Positions 46,404 through 55,903 of a DNA stretch of 64,000 nt are shown piece after piece (position 1 is the first letter of the stretch; each line of letters begins with the position of its first letter). Location of the stretch: positions 352,001 through 416,000 of the forward strand of contig OZ239628.1 in NCBI GenBank assembly GCA_965195345.1, given 5' to 3'. The notes beneath the pieces were generated by a model that saw only the letters and a program-made list of their open reading frames with translations, ran no database searches and was not told where the DNA came from. Made by a program: the position numbers and the translations under genes. The stretch comes from an uncultured Thiomicrospira sp. (GTDB lineage: Bacteria; Pseudomonadota; Gammaproteobacteria; CAKMZV01).

Positions 46404-47917
46404 AATTTTATATTCCATTCGACACCAGTGCAGTTTCTGTAGGAGCAAGCGCGGTGGCTGAGGCTGTGATGAAGGCTTATCCAAACACAACGATTGTACG
46501 TAATGGATCACATGGTGCTTTATGGCTTGAGCCTTTGGTTGAAGTGGAAAGCAAAGGCGTTCGATATGCTTTTGGCAATTGTTCTGTTGAATGCGTTAGC
46601 ACATTGATTCAAAATGGTGCGATTAATACGCAACATGAAAACTATCTGGGTGAGACAAAATCTCTTGATTTCTTTGCTAGTCAAAAGCGGGTAGTGTTTG
46701 ATAAGTGTGGCTGGATTGATCCTTTTGATTTCTCTCAGTGGTCAGCATATGGAGGAGGCGTTGGTTTAAGACATGCTGTTCAAATATCTGGTCAAGAAAT
46801 TATAGACAATGTTAAGTCTTCAGGACTGCGCGGACGTGGAGGCGCAGCGTTTCCAACGGGAATAAAATGGCAGACGGTACATGATGCGCAAGCAGATCAG
46901 AAATACATAGTGTGCAATGCCGATGAAGGTGATAGCGGAACGTATGCTGATCGAATGCTGATGGAAGGGGATCCACTAACACTCATAGAAGGGATGGCAA
47001 TTGCTGGCGTTGCAGTCAATGCAACAGTAGGATTTATTTACATTCGCTCAGAATATCCAATTGCCATTAAGCACTTTAAGAAAGCCATTCTGTTGGCTTA
47101 TGAGAACAACATGTTAGGGCGCGATATATTCGGTAGCGGCAAGCACTTTGATATGGAAATTCGCGAGGGGGCGGGTGCGTATATATGCGGTGAAGAAACA
47201 TCGTTATTGGAAAGCCTTGAAGGAAAACAAGGCACGATTCGTTTTAAACCACCATTGCCAGCTTTGGAAGGGATGCTGGGTAAACCAACGGTTGTTAATA
47301 ATGTCATTAGCCTTGCGAGTTGTCCGTATATATTGTCTAATCCGGGAAATTTTGAAAAGCTAGGTTGCAATCGTTCAACAGGAACGTTGACTGTACAACT
47401 ATGTGGGAATGTTAGACATGGTGGTTTGTATGAAATGGAATTTGGTTTTAATTTGAAAGATATGGTTGAGCAGATAGGTGGCGGTACGCTAACTGGCAAA
47501 CCAGTGCGTACTATGCAAGTAGGAGGCCCGCTTGGTCCGTATTTGCATCCAGACGAATTTGATACTCCGTGTGATTATGAAGAATATGCAGCGAAGAAGT
47601 TGATGATTGGACATGGAGGAGTAGTTGTTTTTGATGATGATGTTGATATGAGTGAACAAGCTAAGTTTTCTATGCAATTTTGTGCGGATGAGTCTTGTGG
47701 AAAATGCACTCCTTGTCGCATTGGGTCAACGCGTGGGGTAGAATTGATTGCTGCTATTCAAAAAGGTGAGAAAAGACAGCATTACAAATTAGTTTTAGAA
47801 GAATTGTGCGATACGATGGAAAAAACATCTTTATGCGCAATGGGGGGGCTGACACCGATGCCCGTTATGTCAGCAGTAAATAAATTCCCTACTGACTTTG
47901 GGTTTGAAAAAGATTAG
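46391..47917 (+). CDS. fdsB: NAD-dependent formate dehydrogenase beta subunit (NuoF-like)
   Basis: WLEPLVEV, GLRGRGGAAFP, NADEGDSG, GAYICGEETS, ESCGKCTPCRIG. Confidence 0.95.
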   Translation: MDSVKFYIPFDTSAVSVGASAVAEAVMKAYPNTTIVRNGSHGALWLEPLVEVESKGVRYAFGNCSVECVSTLIQNGAINTQHENYLGETKSLDFFASQKRVVFDKCGWIDPFDFSQWSAYGGGVGLRHAVQISGQEIIDNVKSSGLRGRGGAAFPTGIKWQTVHDAQADQKYIVCNADEGDSGTYADRMLMEGDPLTLIEGMAIAGVAVNATVGFIYIRSEYPIAIKHFKKAILLAYENNMLGRDIFGSGKHFDMEIREGAGAYICGEETSLLESLEGKQGTIRFKPPLPALEGMLGKPTVVNNVISLASCPYILSNPGNFEKLGCNRSTGTLTVQLCGNVRHGGLYEMEFGFNLKDMVEQIGGGTLTGKPVRTMQVGGPLGPYLHPDEFDTPCDYEEYAAKKLMIGHGGVVVFDDDVDMSEQAKFSMQFCADESCGKCTPCRIGSTRGVELIAAIQKGEKRQHYKLVLEELCDTMEKTSLCAMGGLTPMPVMSAVNKFPTDFGFEKD

Positions 47918-47934
47918 GAAATCTGGAGATCGCC

Positions 47935-50718
47935 ATGAAATATATTGACTTGACAGACTACGGAACGCCTGTTTCAAAAAATACTACTATGGTCAATTTG
48001 ACTATAGATGGCGTTAATGTTAGGGTTGCAGAAGGGACGAGTTTGATGCGTGCTGCAATCGAAGGGGGAATTCATATCCCTAAACTGTGCGCAACGGATT
48101 CACTTAATCCTTTTGGCTCATGTCGTTTGTGTATGGTTGAAATAGTCGGTCGTCCTAATCCAGTTGCTTCGTGTCATACGAATGTGACTGAAGGGCTAAT
48201 TATTCGCACACAAAACGAACAATTGGCGAAGTGGCGTAAGAATCTTATGGAGTTGTACATATCTGATCATCCTTTAGATTGTTTGACTTGTGCCGCTAAT
48301 GGCGATTGTGAGCTACAGGATATGGCAGGAGTGGTTGGCTTGCGTGATGTGCGTTATCCTAAAGGAGGCATAACGCATTTGGAGCAAGAAAAAGACGAAT
48401 CCAATCCTTATTTCACATTTGACCCAAGCAAGTGTATTTTGTGCTCTCGTTGTGTGCGTGCTTGCGATGAGGTGCAAGGAACATTAGCGTTAACCATAGA
48501 AAAGCGAGGATTTAACTCAAAAGTTTCAGTGGCAAATGTTGACTTTATGGCTTCTGATTGCGTTTCGTGTGGCGCATGTGTTCAAGCCTGTCCAACAGCT
48601 ACGTTGATGGAAAAAAGTGTTATTGCATTCGGTTTGGGTGAGAACAAAACAATTACCACTTGTGCTTATTGCGGAGTAGGTTGTAATTTTGTTGCACACA
48701 CTCAAGGCGAACAAGTGACGCACATGGTGCCTTATAAAGACGGGAAAGCGAACCATGGTCACTCTTGTGTTAAAGGGCGATTTGCTTGGCAATATGCGAC
48801 CCATGAAGAACGAATAACAAAACCTTTAGTCCGTGAGAGTATTCATGATGAATGGAGAGAGGTTAGTTGGGATGAAGCTTTTGAGTTTGCTGCAACAAGG
48901 TTGAAGAATATCCAAGAAAAATACGGTGTTGATTCGATTGGAGGTATTACTTCGTCGAGGTGTACTAATGAGGAAACCTATTTGGTGCAAAAACTCGTAC
49001 GAGCTACTTTTAAAAATAACAATGTTGATACTTGTGCTCGAGTTTGTCATTCACCCACAGGATATGGACTAAAACGTACTTTTGGAGCATCGGCAGGCAC
49101 TCAAAATTTTGACTCAGTACAGCATACTGATTTGATCTTTGTAGTTGGAGCCAACCCTACGGATGCGCATCCAGTGTTTGGATCTCGTATGAAACGTCGT
49201 TTGCGTGAAGGGGCGCAGTTAATAGTGCTTGATCCACGGCAAATAGATTTGGTCAAAAGTCCTCATATTAAAGCGAATGTGCACTTGCCCCTAACTCCAG
49301 GAACAAATGTTGCTGTTCTTAATGCTATCGCTCACACGATCGTTAAGGAAGGACTGCAAGATCAAGATTTTATAAGCAAACGCTGTGATTTAGACACCTT
49401 TAAAGATTGGCTAACCTTTATTCAACATGAAAAAAATGCACCTGAGACGATCGCCTCTCAATCAGGACTGGACGTAAATGACATTAAAAAAGCAGCAAGG
49501 CTGTATGCTAAAGCACCGAATGCTGCGATTTACTATGGGTTGGGAGTTACGGAGCATTCGCAAGGGTCTTCAACAGTAATGGCAATAGCTAATTTGGCAA
49601 TGTTGACAGGGAATATTGGTCGAGAAGGTGTTGGTGTTAACCCATTACGTGGACAAAATAATGTACAGGGCGCATGTGATATGGGTTCTTTCCCTCATGA
49701 GTTGCCCGGTTATCGTCACGTTGGTGATCCTAAAGTACGCGAATTATTCGAATCAGAGTGGGATGTTGAATTGTCCGCTGATCCTGGATTGCGCATTCCT
49801 AATATGTTTGATGCCGCCACTGCTGGTTGGTACAAAGGCATGTATATTCAGGGTGAAGACTTAGTGCAATCTGATCCGAACTCTCATCATGTGATAAAGG
49901 CCTTTGAAAACATGGAGTGCGTTATAGTCCATGATCTGTTTTTGAATGAAACGGCTAAATACGCACATGTTTTTTTTCCAGGAGCTTCCTTTTTGGAAAA
50001 AGATGGAACATTTACTAACGCAGAAAGGCGTGTTAATCGTGTTCGTAAAGTCATGTCACCGTTAGGTGGTATGTCAGAGTGGGAAGTAATCTGTGCTTTA
50101 GCAAAAGCAATGGGGTACTCAATGGAGTACAACCATCCTAGTGAAATCATGGATGAAATTGCGCGAACTACTCCAGGATTTGCTAATGTAAGCTATGACT
50201 TGCTTGATGAGAAAGGAAGTATTCAATGGCCTTGCAATGACGCATCACCAGAAGGGACGCCTATTATGCACCAAGAATATTTTGTGCTTGGTAAAGGACA
50301 TTTTATCAATACTGAATACGTGCCCACAAGTGAAAAAACCAATCGTAAATATCCCTTATTACTTACTACTGGACGAGTATTGCATCACTATAACGTAGGC
50401 ACACAAACGAGGCGCACGGCCAATTCAAAGTGGCAACCAGAAGACATATTAGAAATTCATCCAAGCGATGCGGAGTCAAGAGGTATTGTTGACGATATGC
50501 GCGTTGCAGTCACTTCACGCTCAGGTGAAACTTATTTGCACGTGCGCGTTTCAGAAAAAATGGAACCAGGTGTTGTTTATACAACTTTTCATTTTCCAGA
50601 AAGCAATACCAATGTTATTACTACGGATAATTCAGATTGGGCAACAAACTGTCCCGAGTACAAGGTGACGGCTGTGGAAGTTCGTCCTCATGATCAGGCT
50701 ATTCCTAAAGTTGGGTGA
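47935..50718 (+). CDS. fdsA: NAD-dependent formate dehydrogenase alpha subunit (Mo-bisPGD, Cys-ligated)
   Basis: N-terminal Fe-S motifs, CAYCGVGC, active site DTCARVCHSPT, RGQNNVQG, CPEYKVTAV. Confidence 0.97.
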   Translation: MKYIDLTDYGTPVSKNTTMVNLTIDGVNVRVAEGTSLMRAAIEGGIHIPKLCATDSLNPFGSCRLCMVEIVGRPNPVASCHTNVTEGLIIRTQNEQLAKWRKNLMELYISDHPLDCLTCAANGDCELQDMAGVVGLRDVRYPKGGITHLEQEKDESNPYFTFDPSKCILCSRCVRACDEVQGTLALTIEKRGFNSKVSVANVDFMASDCVSCGACVQACPTATLMEKSVIAFGLGENKTITTCAYCGVGCNFVAHTQGEQVTHMVPYKDGKANHGHSCVKGRFAWQYATHEERITKPLVRESIHDEWREVSWDEAFEFAATRLKNIQEKYGVDSIGGITSSRCTNEETYLVQKLVRATFKNNNVDTCARVCHSPTGYGLKRTFGASAGTQNFDSVQHTDLIFVVGANPTDAHPVFGSRMKRRLREGAQLIVLDPRQIDLVKSPHIKANVHLPLTPGTNVAVLNAIAHTIVKEGLQDQDFISKRCDLDTFKDWLTFIQHEKNAPETIASQSGLDVNDIKKAARLYAKAPNAAIYYGLGVTEHSQGSSTVMAIANLAMLTGNIGREGVGVNPLRGQNNVQGACDMGSFPHELPGYRHVGDPKVRELFESEWDVELSADPGLRIPNMFDAATAGWYKGMYIQGEDLVQSDPNSHHVIKAFENMECVIVHDLFLNETAKYAHVFFPGASFLEKDGTFTNAERRVNRVRKVMSPLGGMSEWEVICALAKAMGYSMEYNHPSEIMDEIARTTPGFANVSYDLLDEKGSIQWPCNDASPEGTPIMHQEYFVLGKGHFINTEYVPTSEKTNRKYPLLLTTGRVLHHYNVGTQTRRTANSKWQPEDILEIHPSDAESRGIVDDMRVAVTSRSGETYLHVRVSEKMEPGVVYTTFHFPESNTNVITTDNSDWATNCPEYKVTAVEVRPHDQAIPKVG

Positions 50719-50745
50719 ATACAGGAAACTAAAAGGTATTATTTC

Positions 50746-50958
50746 ATGAAACAATCACGATTTGACCCCGATCGCATTGTATCGCTCGCTAATCAAATAG
50801 CTGAAAATCAATTTGGTATGAGTGAGACTGAGGCAGTGAAGATGGTGGCGACGCATATTAATGCTTTTTGGAACTCCAGCATGAAACAAGTTTTACATTC
50901 GTTGGACGAAAAAAAACTACACCCATTTTGTGCAAAAGCGCTTGAAGATATTAACTGA
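50746..50958 (+). CDS. fdsD: Formate dehydrogenase delta subunit
   Basis: ANQIA...VATHINAFWNSSM motif; position after fdsA. Confidence 0.9.
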   Translation: MKQSRFDPDRIVSLANQIAENQFGMSETEAVKMVATHINAFWNSSMKQVLHSLDEKKLHPFCAKALEDIN

Positions 50959-51103
50959 TCTTACCAATAATGTATTTGCTGAACTAAATAGAATGATGAG
51001 TGCCGAATCAAAATAAGTTATTCATCGTACTAATGTCCATAAAATCGTCATAGAGGGAAGGGTTAACTTTAATCTGTGATTTTAAAACTACTTTTCTAAT
51101 ACT

Positions 51104-52333
51104 ATGTTTTTTTCATGTAATAAGATAAAGAAAGATGTTTTTAAATCTTCAAAGATGCTTTTTTTGGGAGCATACTTTGTTATTTTATTGTCATCTGCTT
51201 TCATGACATTACCCGCGAATGCCGACGAACACGAACAGGCTACAGAAACCTCAACAAATACTATTCAGCCAAGAGAACAAGCAAAAAAAGAAAATCCAGA
51301 GGTGCTGCCCTCTCACTTGCCGATTAAGAATATTCAATTCACTCCCTCTAAAAAAGAAAAAATTTTCTTTCATCATAACGATGAAAGAGACGAAGAACTT
51401 AGGGTGATCATATTGCAACAATTATTTGATCCTCTATTATGGGAAAAGGCAAAAGTGAGCGCCATACAGTCAAAAATTGAATCTGCTTATATTGTTTATG
51501 ATGATTCTAAAGGGGAGCGACAACATAGCCCTGATTTTTACGATAGCTTAGAAAGCGCTCTGCTTAAAAAGATGGTTCAAACTACAGATATATCATTCAA
51601 AGGATGTGCTTACTCTTGTGTGCAGAAAAAAACAATCACCATAACACAAAGTCGCTTGATTATTAGTACGAAGAACTTAAATAGACGCATTCGAAAAGAA
51701 ATTGAATCGGGTGAAGTACAGGGCATTTTAAAATGGAGTTTCTTCTCAAATGCAGCTGGCAGTAAAGGAGGAATATCTGTTAGCCTACTCAATGCAAACA
51801 ATAAGATTGTTTGGACCGATACGATTTTTGCAGACATTAATGAGTTAATAGTAGCTGACGAAAACAAAGCGTCAGAAGGTGAAAGCCAATTAGGTATAGC
51901 ATTGATGAGTCAGAGAATTCAGTTTGAAGAAGGAACGGATCCAGTAACAGAATCAAACCAAAATGTTGTGGTGAGTTTTGGTTATAGAGAACGCATTACA
52001 CCGTTCACCAGACTTAAATATTATTTAGGGGGGCGTGTGCTGTATAGCACTGGTTTAGCAAATAACTATTTTGCCATTTCAGCGAGTGCTCGTATAGGTT
52101 ATACCATTTTTAATCTGCCCAAACGCGACGTTGATTTTTTCATAGGATTCGAGCAAGACCTCATATTAGTTCAAGGATTTAATGGCACACTTGCTGTAGA
52201 TTGGCAGCTGAGTGATGCTTTTTATTTGCGAGGGATTTATGAGCTGCCGTTGGATTCAGAACGCACAGATAATTTTGGTCAAGAGTATACCCTTAGTCCG
52301 GGTTTTTTGTTAGAAATGGGGGTTAAACTGTGA
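51104..52333 (+). CDS. Hypothetical secreted protein: alpha/beta periplasmic domain plus C-terminal outer-membrane beta-barrel
   Basis: Signal-peptide cleavage site ...LPANA|DE; alternating amphipathic strands in the C-terminal ~160 aa ending LLEMGVKL; GTGA overlap with the next gene. The start may be the ATG at 51155. Confidence 0.7.
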   Translation: MFFSCNKIKKDVFKSSKMLFLGAYFVILLSSAFMTLPANADEHEQATETSTNTIQPREQAKKENPEVLPSHLPIKNIQFTPSKKEKIFFHHNDERDEELRVIILQQLFDPLLWEKAKVSAIQSKIESAYIVYDDSKGERQHSPDFYDSLESALLKKMVQTTDISFKGCAYSCVQKKTITITQSRLIISTKNLNRRIRKEIESGEVQGILKWSFFSNAAGSKGGISVSLLNANNKIVWTDTIFADINELIVADENKASEGESQLGIALMSQRIQFEEGTDPVTESNQNVVVSFGYRERITPFTRLKYYLGGRVLYSTGLANNYFAISASARIGYTIFNLPKRDVDFFIGFEQDLILVQGFNGTLAVDWQLSDAFYLRGIYELPLDSERTDNFGQEYTLSPGFLLEMGVKL

Positions 52334-52899
52334 ACGGGCTTAAAATATTATTTATCATCTCTGCAGTGATTTTTTTGTCAGGCTGCAGTTCAACAGAAGA
52401 GTTACAAACTTTGGATGCGGGCAGAGCAATCAAAGAGGGAGACGGTAAGGAAAATCTACCCTCGTCATTAATTGTTGAAAATGGCGTTATTTTTTTTAGA
52501 AAAGAAAGTGGTGGTGAAAAAATCGAATTTATTTTTAATATTGGTGAAAATGAAAACATCGAGTACGAGATAGAATTTGCTCCCCCTGAGAAAGAAAAGA
52601 GCGATCATCTTCCTGCCCAAAATAGTACCTCTGTAAGTGGCGAGTCTAAAAAGCTTGCGGATCGATTATTCCTATCTGCACAAGGCTATTTTTTAGAAGG
52701 AAATTATCGTCGAGCTTTGGTTGAGGTTAATCGAGCGCTACGAGAAGACATGAAGTCTGGACTTCTTTGGGCTTTAAAGGGTTCCATACACTATAAGCTT
52801 AATGAATTTGGATTGGCACGCAATGCATGGAGTAAGTCGCAGGAATTAGACAAAGATATTACAGGCGTTCGAGAAATGTTATTAAAAATAGGGACGTAA
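52330..52899 (+). CDS. TPR-repeat lipoprotein
   Basis: Lipobox LSGC with +2 Ser; TPR-like AQGYFLEGNYRRALVEVNRAL and LWALKGSIHYKLNEFGLARNAWSKSQELD. Confidence 0.8.
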   Translation: MNGLKILFIISAVIFLSGCSSTEELQTLDAGRAIKEGDGKENLPSSLIVENGVIFFRKESGGEKIEFIFNIGENENIEYEIEFAPPEKEKSDHLPAQNSTSVSGESKKLADRLFLSAQGYFLEGNYRRALVEVNRALREDMKSGLLWALKGSIHYKLNEFGLARNAWSKSQELDKDITGVREMLLKIGT

Positions 52900-52927
52900 T
52901 TAAGAATTAATTTGTGAGTATGAAACC

Positions 52928-55111
52928 ATGAAAAGTTTTTTTGTAAAAATCATAGCAAATGTAGTCACTATTTTTGTGATTGCCGTTACGGGGGTACATG
53001 CACAAGAGATTGAACGAGCAGGGCAAGTAGATGCCATAAAGCAGAGTGTTTTTGAGCGGGATTTGGAAAATAATATTAGCAGTGCGCTCAGGTTACAGCT
53101 CGGTAGCATTCCTTTTTTGGTTCAAGTGAGTGCTGAATTGCGCTCGATAAAAACATACGCGATTGATACTGTCTCCATATATCAGCCGAGTTCTGTTGAA
53201 GCGCCTTCTCTTGAAAGTAAAAAAACAATTGTGAGACAACAGCTGCAAGAAGTTGATGCTGGTAGAACGAATCAAAACATTGATCCTGCTGACGATGGAG
53301 GCCAAGGTATTTCAAATGCTTTGCCAGGAGCCCCAATTCTTTTGACGAATAGTGACGATGGATCTGAGCAAAATCAGCCGAGAAGAAGTCAACCTATAAC
53401 TGAGGTCATTCAATCAACTGAGCCTATCAGTGAAGCGTCAGAAAGTCAACCGAGAAGTGTTGGTCGATTTGTGAATACCACCCGTGAAACGTTCATTGAA
53501 AGTCATGTGTTAATTGACAGAATTGACGTCAAGCTATGGCTTCCATCTGATTTGGAACCTAGTAGAATTCGTTTTCTCAAACACTTGGTTTCTGAAAAAG
53601 CAAGAATTAATTTAATAAGGGGCGATCAGTTTACAACTATTTTAACAAATTTTCCAGAAACTGAAAAAAAGGAAGATACCCTAACAACTAACCAGAATAG
53701 CTCAACTGAGTCTATAAATATTGATAATATTGGTCGGAGAATAGGATTAGATAGAGTAGTAAGTGAGCTGAGTCAAAACAATTGGTTACCTTGGGCGCTT
53801 GCTGGGTTACTCTTTTTATGGTTATTGTTTTTGCTTTTCCGCAAAAAAAGAACCGCGCATCACCAACCGCCGATCGCAACGTACCATCACAGCGATGTTC
53901 CATTTAACCCTCCATCATTAACGAACATCAACCCTCCTGAATCCGCATCTCTTGAAGATAAACAACAAGATCACGAACATAAACAGCGATTGAAAATTCT
54001 TAATGAAGACATAGTGAGTAATATCATGCTGCATGAAGGGTTGTTGCTGAATGCGCTAAATAACCCTAACCTTGCAATAGAAAAAGTACGATTTACGGCT
54101 TGGTTGATTAAATTGCTTGGCACAGCCGTGGTTGCAAAGTATGCATATGATCAGCTTAATGAAAGCGAATTAAAAAACGCGAATGCGTTGCAAGAAGTTA
54201 TTGAACAAAGCACATTGATAGAACAATGTGAATGGGCAGCAAAGGTGCATAGAAGCTTACGCGATAGTGAGTCGCTTTCTAATAAAAATATTTCCCAACC
54301 TTTTGATTTCTTAAATGAAATGAATGATCAGAAATTGAAACGCTTGCTAAATGAAGAGCATGTGCAGGCAAAAGCACTGATACTTTCTCAAATTGATCAA
54401 CGACGCTCGGCAGCAATCCTTGCTATGTTTTCTGCTGAGGAACAAGCAAGTATTGCCATAGCAATGGGGAAACTTACGACACTTCCAGTATCTTCATTTC
54501 ATGACATAGCTAATCAATTAGCTCGTAAGGCTCAAAGCATTCCAGAAGTAAATGAGCTTAACATTGATGGAACGGAAGCGCTAGTGCAGATGATAGAGTC
54601 CATGGATTTGGCGAATGGAACAGCGTTCCTGAATGAATTGAGAAAACAAAATCCTGATCAATATTATCGCATTAAGAAATTGTATATGGGCTTTGAGGAT
54701 ATTCCAAAAATTCCGAAGGCTATATTGAAAAACTTTTTGCGTGAAATTGAACGAGAAGAGTTGGTTACGGCACTGTACGATGAGGAAGATGCTTTTAGAG
54801 AACAGTTACTCAGTGCGCTTCCTGATCGAGCAAAGGCATTAGTTCAGCAGTTATTGAGTGAAATACAAACACCAACTGCAGCAAAGATTATGCAATCGAA
54901 AAAAATGATTAGCACCAAAGCAAGGCAGTTATTGCGAGCTAAAGTATTTGAATTACCAACAGATGAAGAGACCTTCACAGCGTCTTCAACATCTGAAGCA
55001 GGGCTACAAGAAGAGTCTATAGTTCCCTCTATAGAGGTTGAGTCAAGGCTTTCGGAAGAGTCAAACACAGGGTCAAGAAGCTCCTCAAACCTTAATAACT
55101 TAGAAAAATGA
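52928..55111 (+). CDS. FliF(RBM3)-TM-FliG fusion protein
   Basis: Signal peptide VHA|Q; FliF RBM3-like FERDLENNISSAL...VQVSAEL and IDRIDVKL...LKHLVSEKARINLIRGDQF; one TM helix; FliG-M PFDFL...EHVQAKALILS; FliG-C YMGFED...LREIE...ALPDRA. Confidence 0.85.
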   Translation: MKSFFVKIIANVVTIFVIAVTGVHAQEIERAGQVDAIKQSVFERDLENNISSALRLQLGSIPFLVQVSAELRSIKTYAIDTVSIYQPSSVEAPSLESKKTIVRQQLQEVDAGRTNQNIDPADDGGQGISNALPGAPILLTNSDDGSEQNQPRRSQPITEVIQSTEPISEASESQPRSVGRFVNTTRETFIESHVLIDRIDVKLWLPSDLEPSRIRFLKHLVSEKARINLIRGDQFTTILTNFPETEKKEDTLTTNQNSSTESINIDNIGRRIGLDRVVSELSQNNWLPWALAGLLFLWLLFLLFRKKRTAHHQPPIATYHHSDVPFNPPSLTNINPPESASLEDKQQDHEHKQRLKILNEDIVSNIMLHEGLLLNALNNPNLAIEKVRFTAWLIKLLGTAVVAKYAYDQLNESELKNANALQEVIEQSTLIEQCEWAAKVHRSLRDSESLSNKNISQPFDFLNEMNDQKLKRLLNEEHVQAKALILSQIDQRRSAAILAMFSAEEQASIAIAMGKLTTLPVSSFHDIANQLARKAQSIPEVNELNIDGTEALVQMIESMDLANGTAFLNELRKQNPDQYYRIKKLYMGFEDIPKIPKAILKNFLREIEREELVTALYDEEDAFREQLLSALPDRAKALVQQLLSEIQTPTAAKIMQSKKMISTKARQLLRAKVFELPTDEETFTASSTSEAGLQEESIVPSIEVESRLSEESNTGSRSSSNLNNLEK

Positions 55112-55887
55112 AAACACTAATTAGTCGATTAATAGCAATGGCTTTGGTAGGGTACGCAGCTTACAGCATTATTGTTTTTCCAGAGCATACAGCTCTTTTT
55201 ACGCATGCAGAATCAGTGATTTTGGTATTGGGTGGTACATTCGCAGCAAGCCTGATGAGCTTTAATATTGAGACAATATTGAAGGCATTTTTAAGCTTTT
55301 TTAAAGGTCTTATTTATGCCTCAGACAATCAGTCAAAGATCAGAGAAATAAAAGAAATCATTACAATTGCAGAACGCGTTAATGAAACAAACGGATTCGG
55401 ATGTATTGATGATATGTTAGAACAAAAAAAAAAATATTCAGATTTTGTGCGATTAGGATTAGAGCTGATTTCTGCGGGTTACAGCGAAGTTGGACTTAGA
55501 GTACAGCTAACAAATTTTGCAGATGAACTAGATGAAGAAGAGCGTTTGATGGAAGACGTTTGGTTTCAATTTGCAAACTATGCTCCAGCTTTGGGAATGG
55601 TTGGAACAGTTATAGGGTTGATTCTTATGTTGGATAATCTTGATGTCAATAGTTTAAATATTGGAGCTGGACTTTCATTGGCACTGTTGACTACTTTGTA
55701 CGGTGTTTGTATAGCGAACTTTATTTTCAAACCAACTGCTCGGTTTTTAGCTGAAGAACGATTGAAAAAATCCAGAAATTTAGCACTTTATTTAGAAGCA
55801 ATGCTAATGGTACAAAAAAAAACAAGTCCAATTTTAATGAAAGATTACTTAAATAGTAGCTTGCCTATTAAATTGCAATTAAAGTAA
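55108..55887 (+). CDS. MotA/PomA-like stator subunit
   Basis: SVILVLGGT, YAPALGMVGTVIGLILML, ALLTTLYG...ANFIFKP; ATGA overlap with the FliF-FliG gene. Confidence 0.92.
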   Translation: MKTLISRLIAMALVGYAAYSIIVFPEHTALFTHAESVILVLGGTFAASLMSFNIETILKAFLSFFKGLIYASDNQSKIREIKEIITIAERVNETNGFGCIDDMLEQKKKYSDFVRLGLELISAGYSEVGLRVQLTNFADELDEEERLMEDVWFQFANYAPALGMVGTVIGLILMLDNLDVNSLNIGAGLSLALLTTLYGVCIANFIFKPTARFLAEERLKKSRNLALYLEAMLMVQKKTSPILMKDYLNSSLPIKLQLK

Positions 55888-55903
55888 TGTTAAGAATAAG
55901 CCT

